A stretch of 64,000 bases of DNA, taken from NCBI GenBank assembly GCA_040954595.2, contig CM082578.2, positions 11,601,166 through 11,665,165 of the forward strand, given 5' to 3'. A model generated the notes under the pieces. It was not told the origin of the DNA, made no database searches, and worked only from the letters and a program-made list of their open reading frames with translations. Shown here one piece after another: positions 51,801-63,600 of the stretch. The stretch is from Balanoglossus misakiensis. Lineage: Eukaryota; Animalia; Hemichordata. The position numbers and the translations under genes are program-made. Numbering within the stretch: the first letter of the stretch is position 1; every line of letters begins with the position of its first letter.

Positions 51801-54537
51801 GGCGCACTCGTCTAATGGACTACATTATGCAACGATGGGAGTATATTTTCCCGATACAGCTTTTTCGAATGAGCACAAATGGCAAAGATAGTGCACTACA
51901 TAAGAATTTGAAGCCCCCCGTACTGATCTCCCACTGTAAAATTTCTATTTTTGTATCTCAGAAACAAGTGTACTTTTGAGTGTATACAACGGATGTCAGG
52001 GGGTCAATTATGCTCGCTAAATTCATGTTAAGTCTAAACGGCCATTTGCAAAAGAGTACTTGAGCATTTCGCCGTGATATCTCAAGAGCAAAATGAGATC
52101 GAATCGCTCATATATGTAATTGGTTGACATCCGAGGTCAGATGGTGCAACGTTAGTTACGAAATAATGTCCAGAAGGGGTTATTTATGCATATTACTGTT
52201 CTCAGTGCACATTAGATGACAATGTGGACTATGAGTGCGGATATTACCGACGGCAACAGCTTTGCAGAAAATACATTTGCTAACAACAATCACATGCGCG
52301 GTCGTGGTAAGTAGGTGCTCTGGCTGTTATACCTCTTGTCGTGCATATATAATATACATGTAAGTAAAATACATGTCTGCAATCACCATCTGGTCACACG
52401 CTGTCTTCGGTTTTATTATTCTGTACACAGGTACTGTTTTCATAGAATATTATTTATTATTATTTTTTTTTGGGGGGGGGGGGGTGGGGGGTTCAGCACT
52501 GGGCGAGAACCTAAATGGCAACGGGTGGGTTGTTTTCGGTGCACTGCACCTGACCACCGATCGCGAAAGAGCCTGTATGATTGAGATTTAATTTACTCAG
52601 TTGGTCGGTTTACTAAATGTTAACATCATAGGCAACAGCTGAACTGAGATATCTGGCCTTCAATCCTCCATCAACTCTTGCAGCAAGAGACTGAACATCA
52701 GTTTGCCTGAAAGTATAAAGCGCCCTCGATTGACCCTTGCAAAAAAGGCATGAAGGAGAAAGACGCATTCGAATCGCAAGGATGGTAGTTGCGTCATTAC
52801 CGTTATCTAGGTCTTCTCTGTTCTATATCTATGTCTCTGGTTGTAGCAGATAACAAGTTCAAGTTCATTTGATAAAAAGTCAAACAGTAGAATGACTGCG
52901 TTCACTGTTAGTTCTACCAATGTTATGTTTTCATGTCTGAAGTAATAACACAAATACAATGTTCGCTGCTTTATTAAATAGTACAAGAAGAGCGGCTTGA
53001 ATGCACGGAATATCGGAATCGTGAGACAAAATAAAAGGGGTCGCTTCACACCTTGATAGAAATTTCATTTACGTCGTTACCGCCATCCATAGCATGCACC
53101 TGGGTTCAATACCCACACAACAAAGGAACGGGTTCAACCGTGAAAGAAATTAGCTGACCTTCGCACGTCATATCTCGTATCTCTTCCATTTCCAATGTAT
53201 TATTTTAATGATAGCAGGCAATATGCCACTTGCAGATAAGACGTAGATGATGCGTGTCGCCGACCTTCGCGAAGTGATAGAGCTATCTCTCAAAGAATGC
53301 AATTTTTCGAGAGAGAGTTTACCCTGGGGGGCGGCAGTTTCCCCCTCAGTGATACGTTTTCCATTAACTCGCACGTCCGAGAAATGGCGGGTACACGCGC
53401 TCAACCAAGTTTGTTACGCCGGAAATTTATTTCACACTCGAGCCCTGCACTAATATCCCCCCAGGAGTCATTGCTGACAGGATTAAATAGTTTATACATT
53501 ACTAACTGCAGGATAATTAGAAAGTGAAAACAGCGAAAGACAACAATAGCACGACAAAAACAATTGCCAGCAGTGTGTTTGTACGGTATCGATTTTTCGA
53601 AACAGTCTTTTAGAAAGCAAATAATATTTTCAAGCTCCTAGAGACTTTTTAATTTCTTAACATTGAAAAACGGGGACGAGTTTCATTTTGTTAGACGCTT
53701 CTTTTTCGTTTTTATGGCTTAATCAAATACATGACAGAATACTTACTCATCCGATGTATTGGTACGAGAAAGAACAGCTCATCAAAAGTGGCGTGTGTCG
53801 AGCAATATGCCAATACTATTCCCCAGGGTCCTTGAAACGTTTTACACACCTCGTTGACCGCCCCATTATCTTTTTTGTAAAGCGATACTGATGGTCATCA
53901 ATAATGCGTATGAGAACTGACATCAGAATACTTGCTATATGCCTGCCAAATGTATCGATGGCAACGGTGTGCAAATTTACTTTTTAGGATAAATAATTCA
54001 AGAGGTTGACTAAAATGGTAACAATTTCAAATATCATGCTGACTTCACACGCACGGGGAATGAATTTAAATGTTGCATCTCAGAACAGCTGAGCGGCTAG
54101 CTGTGGTCATGCTGATAATAGACTCGGTGTATAACAATATATAAATGTTAAAGTGACTGTTACTGTGTAGGATGCGAGAGGGCGCTAATGGGAAAGAGAC
54201 CTGAAATGCAGGGACGGCCAATAAGCGAACGACAAGAATCTGTGAGACCAACAGTGTATGACCACGAGTGCGAGTAGGTCCGTTTGCGCATTCCCAGGTT
54301 CGAAATTGATGACTTTGATGTCCAAAGTGGAAGTTGAAATCACCAGAGTGTATATAAGGCGATTATTAAAACGTCCATTCGCCACGAGCCAAAAGAGCTA
54401 TACCTCGAAGTACATGTACGTACTCAGTTTAGTGCATGTGTATCGTGTACCATGAAATCTATAAATGTCCATTGCGCCATCAACGTTAGTAACCTTAGAA
54501 GTCTGATTTAGTGAGATTGTCCATCTGTGAGATAATC

Positions 54538-56721
54538 CACCGCTGCGGTGCAAATAAGAATTTGCACCACTGCGGTGCAAATAAGATCATGGTAGTTATG
54601 CTGCAATATAGTGCGGTAAATTTCCGACTTTTTCGAGTAGACATCCTGATGGCGAAGGGTTCAGGAAGGCTAGGCTTTTACCTGAAGGTGTCAACTGATG
54701 TTGGTTCGAGACCACTTTTTTTTCTATTTTTTTTGTTGAGAACTTTTAACGACATTATCATTGTAATTTCTATCATTTTCATAAATCCAATTCATTTCAA
54801 TATCTACGCTGCGTTTTTTATCTGTCGGGTATAAGAAACATGCGGGGAAACTTGGTCATTTTTTTGTCGCGGTTCACTTGGGCATGTCTGAATACGGAGT
54901 GCTCAGGAGAGAGAAAGATAAACTCGCTAAAACCGTGTCTTTCCGTCCGCATGACCAACCAAGGAGCGAAAAAGTCGTTATTTGGGCCGTAATAAAACGT
55001 TTTTGTCGTCGAGGAGTGAATAAAGAACGGTCAGATCGTTGCGGAGCAGGGAACTCTTATTCGCACCGCTGCGGTGCAAACTCTTATTTGCACCGCTGCG
55101 GTGCAAATAAGAATTTGCACCACTGCGGTGCAAATAAGATCATGGTAGTTATGCTGCAATATAGTGCGGTAAATTTCCGACTGTTTCGAGTACACATCCT
55201 GATGGCGAAGGGTTCAGGAAGGCTAGGCTTTTACCTGAAGGTGTCAACTGATGTTGGTTCGAGACCACTTCTTTTTCTATTTTTTTTTTTTGAGAACTTT
55301 TAACGACATTATCATTGTAATTTCTATCATTTTCATAAAACCAATTCATTTCAATATCTACGCTGCGTTTTTTATCTGTCGGGTATAAGAAACATGCGGG
55401 GAAACTTGGTCATTTTTTTGTCGCGGTTCACTTGGGCAAGTCTGAATACGGAGTGCTCAGGAGAGAGAAAGATAAACTCGCTAAAACCGTGTCTTTCCGT
55501 CCGCATGACCAACCAAGGAGCGAAAAAGTCGTTATTTGGGCCGTAATAAAACGTTTTTGTCGTCGAGGAGTGAATAAAGAACGGTCAGATCGTTGCGGAG
55601 CAGGGAACTCTTATTCGCACCGCTGCGGTGCAAACTCTTATTTGCACCGCTGCGGTGCAAATAAGAATTTGCACCACTGCGGTGCAAATAAGATCATGGT
55701 AGTTATGCTGCAATATAGTGCGGTAAATTTCCGACTGTTTCGAGTACACATCCTGATGGCGAAGGGTTCAGGAAGGCTAGGCTTTTACCTGAAGGTGTCA
55801 ACTGATGTTGGTTCGAGACCACTTTTTTTTCTATTTTTTTTTTTGAGAACTTTTAACGACATTATTATTGTAATTTCTATCATTTTCATAAATCCAATTC
55901 ATTTCAATATCTACGCTGCGTTTTTTATCTGTCGGGTATAAGAAACATGCGGGGAAACTTGGTCATTTTTTTGTCGCGGTTCACTTGGGCATGTCTGAAT
56001 ACGGAGTGCTCAGGAGAGAGAAAGATAAACTCGCTAAAACCGTGTCTTTCTGTCCGCATGACCAACCAAGGAGCGAAAAAGTCGTTATTTGGGCCGTAAT
56101 AAAACGTTTTTGTCGTCGAGGAGTGAATAAAGAACGGTCAGATCGTTGCGGAGCAGGGAACTCTTATTCGCACCGCTGCGGTGCAAACTCTTATTTGCAC
56201 CGCTGCGGTGCAAATAAGAATTTGCACCACTGCGGTGCAAATAAGATCATGGTAGTTATGCTGCAATATAGTGCGGTAAATTTCCGACTGTTTCGAGTAC
56301 ACATCCTGATGGCGAAGGGCTCAGGAAGGCTAGGCTTTTACCTGAAGGTGTCAACTGATGTTGGTTCGAGACCACTTTTTTTCTATTTTTTTTTTTTTGA
56401 GAACTTTTAACGACATTATCATTGTAATTTCTATCATTTTCATAAATCCAATTCATTTCAATATCTACGCTGCGTTTTTTATCTGTCGGGTATAAGAAAC
56501 ATGCGGGGAAACTTGGTCATTTTTTTGTCGCGGTTCACTTGGGCAAGTCTGAATACGGAGTGCTCAGGAGAGAGAAAGATAAACTCGCTAAAACCGTGTC
56601 TTTCCGTCCGCATGACCAACCAAGGAGCGAAAAAGTCGTTATTTGGGCCGTAATAAAACGTTTTTGTCGTCGAGGAGTGAATAAAGAACGGTCAGATCGT
56701 TGCGGAGCAGGGAACTCTTAT
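54538..56721. mobile_element. Head-to-tail array (~3.95 copies) of a 553/554-bp inverted-repeat-bounded element (MITE-like)
   Basis: Unit starts CACCGCTGCGGTGCAAATAAG at 54538, 55091, 55645 and 56198 (periods 553/554/553). Units differ by a few substitutions and T-run lengths. Unit ends are ~42-bp inverted repeats with 4 mismatches. The tandem repeat is certain; the transposon interpretation is inference. Confidence 0.75.
54643..54723 (+). ncRNA. tRNA-like Pol III cassette in each 553-bp unit (other copies ~55196, ~55750, ~56303)
   Basis: A-box-like TGGCGAAGGGT (54650), B box GGTTCGAGACC (54703) forming a T-arm-like TGG-TTCGAGA-CCA, then T8 (54716-54723). No acceptor stem, so not a true tRNA. 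Confidence 0.4.
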
Positions 56722-57211
56722 GTCACGTACGATTGAAGGCGCCGAGGGACAAGCAAAGATAATCAACGGCTGCTTTGAAAATATTCAATTCCTAGAAAAC
56801 ACGAGTGATTTTTTTATGAGGGTTCTTTTTGCGATAAGGAGCTACTCAAGCTTAACAGTCGCACGTTTTCACATGTTACGAAGACAATGACGGAAATTCT
56901 AATACACCAGTAAAATGTTCTTTTGAAAATTAGGCATTTTTATACTTGTATTAAGAATCATAACTTTGAAAAGGACGGAAACTGTTGTAAGAAATATAGT
57001 TTTTAAACAGATAATCGATGAATGGAGAAACGCGTTTTATGTTCGGAGATAAGACAGCTGAGCTTAGTATTTTTGTTCTGTCGTTGAAATGGTAAATATC
57101 TTCATATATGTCAACCAACAGTCATTAACACAGTATTTGTCATACATGGTGGCCATTAATGTAGATGGCCGCATTGACGACGACCTAAAAAACCCTGGTT
57201 ATTCTGCTGGA

Positions 57212-57552
57212 TGTTTTATAATTAATGCGGTGCATCCGGTGAGCAGGGATGAGTGAAACCATGGAGACGGGAAGATAAGTCATGGAGTAACGAGCCCCTT
57301 TGAGTAACCCGTCTTACTCTTTAATGGATAAAGTGTTCTCCGATGTCAATCTTTATTGCGAATAACTCAATCGGCGTCGGGCCCACACGAGACCAGGGAA
57401 CAAAACCCGAACGGCCAACAAGTCGCCCGTCCAATCAGTGATTGTTCAGTCAGTGAAATTAATGTCAGGTGATTTACTCATCGGTGCAACCGGATCTGAG
57501 ACAGTAACTTGGGGCTAATAGTGCTTCAGGTCATCTTCGCGAAATTAAAACA
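57212..57552. mobile_element. Candidate short solo LTR or inverted-repeat-bounded insertion (341 bp)
   Basis: TGTTTTA...TAAAACA ends, flanks TGGA/TCGA (3/4 match), AATAAA on the minus strand at ~57352-57357, GC higher than the left flank. Confidence 0.25.
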
Positions 57553-57687
57553 TCGACTTGAAAAAAATCGAGTACCTTCATCATTGGAGAAACGGATTCG
57601 TGCGTTTTTACGTAAGATAGTCTGATGCCATGAAGTGAGCATCTCTATGACGACTACATTGCGCACACTCCATGTCTCATCATTTTC

Positions 57688-60600
57688 ATCGACAAATTCT
57701 TGACTTTGAGAAATTTCGTGATTTTGTCATTTCTGGACGTTTTTCATGGGTTATAGCTCATGAAAATCGTCAAAATCGACAAATTTTTCGACTTTGCGAA
57801 ATTTCAAAATTTCGTCGATTTTGGAAAAAATCATGGGTTATAGCTCATGAAAATCATCAGAAAATGACAATTTTGCGACTTTGCGAGATTTCAAATTTTC
57901 GTCGATTTTTGAAAAAATCATGGGTTATAGCTCATGAAAATCATCAGAAAATGACAATTTTACGACTTTGCGAAATTTCAAAATTTCGTCGATTTTTGAA
58001 AAAATCATGGGTTATAGCTCATGAAAATCATCAGAAAATGACAATTTTTCGACTTTGCGAGATTTCAAAATTTCGTCGATTTTTGAAAAAATCATGGGTT
58101 ATAGCTCATGAAAATCATCAGAAAATGACAATTTTTCGACTTTGCGAAATTTCAAAATTTCGTCGATTTTTGAAAAAATCATGGGTTATAGCTCATGAAA
58201 ATCATCAGAAAATGACAATTTTTCGACTTTGCGTAATTTCAATATTTCGTCGATTTTTGAAAAAATCATGGGTTATAGCTCATGAAAATCATCAGAAAAT
58301 GACAATTTTTCGACTTTGCGAAATTTCAAAATTTCGTCGATTTTTGAAAAAATCATGGGTTATAGCTCATGAAAATCATCAGAAAATGACAATTTTTCGA
58401 CTTTGCGAAATTTCAAAATTTCGTCGATTTTTGAAAAAATCATGGGTTATAGCTCATGAAAATCATCAGAAAATGACAATTTTTCGACTTTGCGTAATTT
58501 CAATATTTCGTCGATTTTTGAATAAATCATGGGTTATAGCTCATGAAAATCATCAGAAAATGACAATTTTACGACTTTGCGAAATTTCAAAATTTCGTCG
58601 ATTTTTGAAAAAAAATCATGGGTTATAGCTCATGAAAATCATCAGAAAAGGACAATTTTTCGACTTTGCGAAATTTCAAAATTTCGTCGATTTTTGAAAA
58701 AATCATGGGTTATAGCTCATGAAAATCATCAGAAAATGACAATTTTACGACTTTGCGAAATTTCAAAATTTCGTCGATTTTTTAAAAAATCATGGGTTAT
58801 AGCTCATGAAAATCATCAGAAAATGACAATTTTACGACTTTGCGAAATTTCAAAATTTCGTCGATTTTTGAAAAAATCATAGCTCATGAAACTCATCAGA
58901 AAATGACAATTTTTCGACTTTGCGAAATTTCAAAATTTCGTCGATTTTTGAAAAAAATCATGGGTTATAGCTCATGAAAATCATCAGAAAATGACAATTT
59001 TTCGACTTTGCGTAATTTCAAAATTTCTTCGATTTTTGAAAAAATAATGGGTTATAGCTCATGGAAAATCATCAGAAAATGACAATTTTTCGACTTTGCG
59101 AAATTTCAAAATTTCGTCGATTTTTGAAAAAATCATGGGTTATAGCTCATGAAAATCATCAGAAAATGACAATTTTTCGACTTTGCGAAATTTCAAAATT
59201 TCGTCGATTTTTGAAAAAATCATGGGTTATAGCTCATGAAAATCATCAGAAAATGACAATTTTACGACTTTGCGAAATTTCAAAATTTCGTCGATTTTTG
59301 AAAAAATCATGCGTTATAGCTCATGAAAATCATCAGAAAATGACAATTTTACGACTTTGCGAAATTTCAAAATTTCGTCGATTTTTGAAAAAATCATGGG
59401 TTATAGCTCATGAAAATCATCACAAAATGACAATTTTTCGACTTTGCGAAATTTCAAAATTTCGTCGATTTTTGAAAAAATCATGGGTTATAGCTCATGA
59501 AAATCATCAGAAAATGACAATTTTTCGACTTTGCGAGATTTCAAAATTTCGTCGATTTTTGAAAAAATCATGGGTTATAGCTCATGAAAATCATCAGAAA
59601 ATGACAATTTTTCGACTTTGCGAAATTTCAAAATTTCGTCGATTTTTGAAAAAATCATGGGTTATAGCTCATGAAAATCATCAGAAAATGACAATTTTTC
59701 GACTTTGCGTAATTTCAATATTTCGTCGATTTTTGAAAAAATCATGGGTTATAGCTCATGAAAATCATCAGAAAATGACAATTTTTCGACTTTGCGAAAT
59801 TTCAAAATTTCGTCGATTTTTGAAAAAATCATGGGTTATAGCTCATGAAAATCATCAGAAAATGACAATTTTTCGACTTTGCGAAATTTCAAAATTTCGT
59901 CGATTTTTGAAAAAATCATGGGTTATAGCTCATGAAAATCATCAGAAAATGACAATTTTTCGACTTTGCGTAATTTCAATATTTCGTCGATTTTTGAATA
60001 AATCATGGGTTATAGCTCATGAAAATCATCAGAAAATGACAATTTTACGACTTTGCGAAATTTCAAAATTTCGTCGATTTTTGAAAAAAAATCATGGGTT
60101 ATAGCTCATGAAAATCATCAGAAAAGGACAATTTTTCGACTTTGCGAAATTTCAAAATTTCGTCGATTTTTGAAAAAATCATGGGTTATAGCTCATGAAA
60201 ATCATCAGAAAATGACAATTTTACGACTTTGCGAAATTTCAAAATTTCGTCGATTTTTTAAAAAATCATGGGTTATAGCTCATGAAAATCATCAGAAAAT
60301 GACAATTTTACGACTTTGCGAAATTTCAAAATTTCGTCGATTTTTGAAAAAATCATAGCTCATGAAACTCATCAGAAAATGACAATTTTTCGACTTTGCG
60401 AAATTTCAAAATTTCGTCGATTTTTGAAAAAAATCATGGGTTATAGCTCATGAAAATCATCAGAAAATGACAATTTTTCGACTTTGCGTAATTTCAAAAT
60501 TTCTTCGATTTTTGAAAAAATAATGGGTTATAGCTCATGGAAAATCATCAGAAAATGACAATTTTTTGACTTTGCGAAATTTCAAAATTTCGTCGATTTT

Positions 60601-63600
60601 TGAAAAAATCATGGGTTATAGCTCATGAAAATCATCAGAAAATGACAATTTTTCGACTTTGCGAAATTTCAAAATTTCGTCGATTTTTGAAAAAATCATG
60701 GGTTATAGCTCATGAAAATCATCAGAAAATGACAATTTTACGACTTTGCGAAATTTCAAAATTTCGTCGATTTTTGAAAAAATCATGCGTTATAGCTCAT
60801 GAAAATCATCAGAAAATGACAATTTTACGACTTTGCGAAATTTCAAAATTTCGTCGATTTTTGAAAAAATCATGGGTTATAGCTCATGAAAATCATCACA
60901 AAATGACAATTTTTCGACTTTGCGAAATTTCAAAATTTCGTCGATTTTTGAAAAAATCATGGGTTATAGCTCATGAAAATCATCAGAAAATGACAATTTT
61001 TCGACTTTGCGAAATTTCAAAATTTCGTCGATTTTTGAAAAAATCATGGGTTATAGCTCATGAAAATCATCAGAAAATGACAATTTTTCGACTTTGCGAA
61101 ATTTCAAAATTTCGTCGATTTTTGAAAAAATCATGGGTTATAGCTCATGAAAATCATCAGAAAATGACAATTTTTCGACTTTGCGAAATTTCAAAATTTC
61201 GTCGATTTTTGAAAAAATCATGGGTTATAGCTCATGAAAATCATCAGAAAATGACAATTTTTCGACTTTGCGAAATTTCAAAATTTCGTCGATTTTTGAA
61301 AAAATTATGGGTTATAGCTCATGAAAATCATCAGAAAATGACAATTTTTCGACTTAGCGAAATTTCAAAATTTCGTCGATTTTTGAAAAAATCATGGGTT
61401 ATAGCTCATGAAAATCATCAGAAAATGACAATTTTTCGACTTTGCGAAATTTCAAAATTTCGTCGATTTTTGAAAAAATCATGGGTTATAGCTCATGAAA
61501 ATCATCAGAAAATGACAATTTTTCGACTTTGCGAAATTTCAAAATTTCGTCGATTTTTGAAAAAATCATGGGTTATAGCTCATGAAAATCATCAGAAAAT
61601 GACAATTTTTCGACTTTGCGAAATATCAAAATTTCGTCGATTTTTGAAAAAATCATGGGTTATAGCTCATGAAAATCATCAGAAAATGACAATTTTTCGA
61701 CTTTGCGAAATTTCAAAATTTCGTCGATTTTTGAAAAAATCATGGGTTATAGCTCATGAAAATCATCAGAAAATGACAATTTTTCGACTTTGCGAAATTT
61801 CAAAATTTCGTCGATTTTTGAAAAAATCATGGGTTATAGCTCATGAAAATCATCAGAAAATGACAATTTTTCGACTTTGCGAAATATCAAAATTTCGTCG
61901 ATTTTTGAAAAAATCATGGGTTATAGCTCATGAAAATCATCAGAAAATGACAATTTTTCGACTTTGCGAAATATCAAAATTTCGTCGATTTTTGAAAAAA
62001 TCATGGGTTATAGCTCATGAAAATCATCAGAAAATGACAATTTTTCGACTTTGCGAAATTTCAAAATTTCGTCGATTTTTGAAAAAATCATGGGTTATAG
62101 CTCATGAAAATCATCAGAAAATGACAATTTTTCGACTTTGCGAAATATCAAAATTTCGTCGATTTTTGAAAAAATCATGGGTTATAGCTCATGAAAATCA
62201 TCACAAAATGACAATTTTTCGACTTTGCGAAATTTCAAAATTTAGTCGATTTTTGAAAAAATCATGGGTTATAGCTCATGAAAATCATCAGAAAATGACA
62301 ATTTTTCGAATTTGCGAAAGTTCAAAATTTCTTCATTTTTGAAAAAATCATGGGTTATAGCTCATGAAAATCATCCAGAAATGACAATTTTTCGAATTTG
62401 CGAAAGTTCTAAATTTCTTCATTTTTTGAAAAAATCATGGGTTATAGCTCATGAAAATCATCCAGAAATGACAATTTTTCGACTTTGCGAAATTTCAAAA
62501 TTTAGTCGATTTTTGAAAAAATCATGGGTTATAGCTCATGAAAATCATCAGAAAATGACAATTTTTCGACTCTGCGAAATTTCAAAATTTCGTCGATTTT
62601 TGAAAAAATCATGGGTTATAGCTCATGAAAATCATCAGAAAATGACAATTTTTCGAATTTGCGAAAGTTCAAAATTTCTTCATTTTTGAAAAAATCATGG
62701 GTTATAGCTCATGAAAATCATCAGAAAATGACAATTTTACGACTTTGCGAAATTTCAAAATTTCGTCGATTTTTTAAAAAATCATGGGTTATAGCTCATG
62801 AAAATCATCAGAAAATGACAATTTTACGACTTTGCGAAATTTCAAAATTTCGTCGATTTTTGAAAAAATCATAGCTCATGAAACTCATCAGAAAATGACA
62901 ATTTTTCGACTTTGCGAAATTTCAAAATTTCGTCGATTTTTGAAAAAAATCATGGGTTATAGCTCATGAAAATCATCAGAAAATGACAATTTTTCGACTT
63001 TGCGTAATTTCAAAATTTCTTCGATTTTTGAAAAAATAATGGGTTATAGCTCATGGAAAATCATCAGAAAATGACAATTTTTTGACTTTGCGAAATTTCA
63101 AAATTTCGTCGATTTTTGAAAAAATCATGGGTTATAGCTCATGAAAATCATCAGAAAATGACAATTTTTCGACTTTGCGAAATTTCAAAATTTCGTCGAT
63201 TTTTGAAAAAATCATGGGTTATAGCTCATGAAAATCATCAGAAAATGACAATTTTACGACTTTGCGAAATTTCAAAATTTCGTCGATTTTTGAAAAAATC
63301 ATGCGTTATAGCTCATGAAAATCATCAGAAAATGACAATTTTACGACTTTGCGAAATTTCAAAATTTCGTCGATTTTTGAAAAAATCATGGGTTATAGCT
63401 CATGAAAATCATCACAAAATGACAATTTTTCGACTTTGCGAAATTTCAAAATTTCGTCGATTTTTGAAAAAATCATGGGTTATAGCTCATGAAAATCATC
63501 AGAAAATGACAATTTTTCGACTTTGCGAAATTTCAAAATTTCGTCGATTTTTGAAAAAATCATGGGTTATAGCTCATGAAAATCATCAGAAAATGACAAT

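Noticed and set aside
53100-53115. B-box-like GGTTCAATACC
   Set aside because: No convincing A box, cloverleaf or terminator nearby.
54511-56736. Repeated 65-169 aa ORFs in the 553-bp array
   Set aside because: Frames differ between copies according to T-run length, several start at non-ATG codons, and there is no recognisable domain or transposase motif.
57672-62874. Long ORFs (up to 580 aa) of repeating KKSWVIAHENHQKMTIFRLCEISKFRRFL
   Set aside because: The 87-bp monomer is a multiple of 3 and lacks a stop in one frame by chance. Indels of 1, 2 and 7 bp break the frame repeatedly, so there is no sign of coding constraint.
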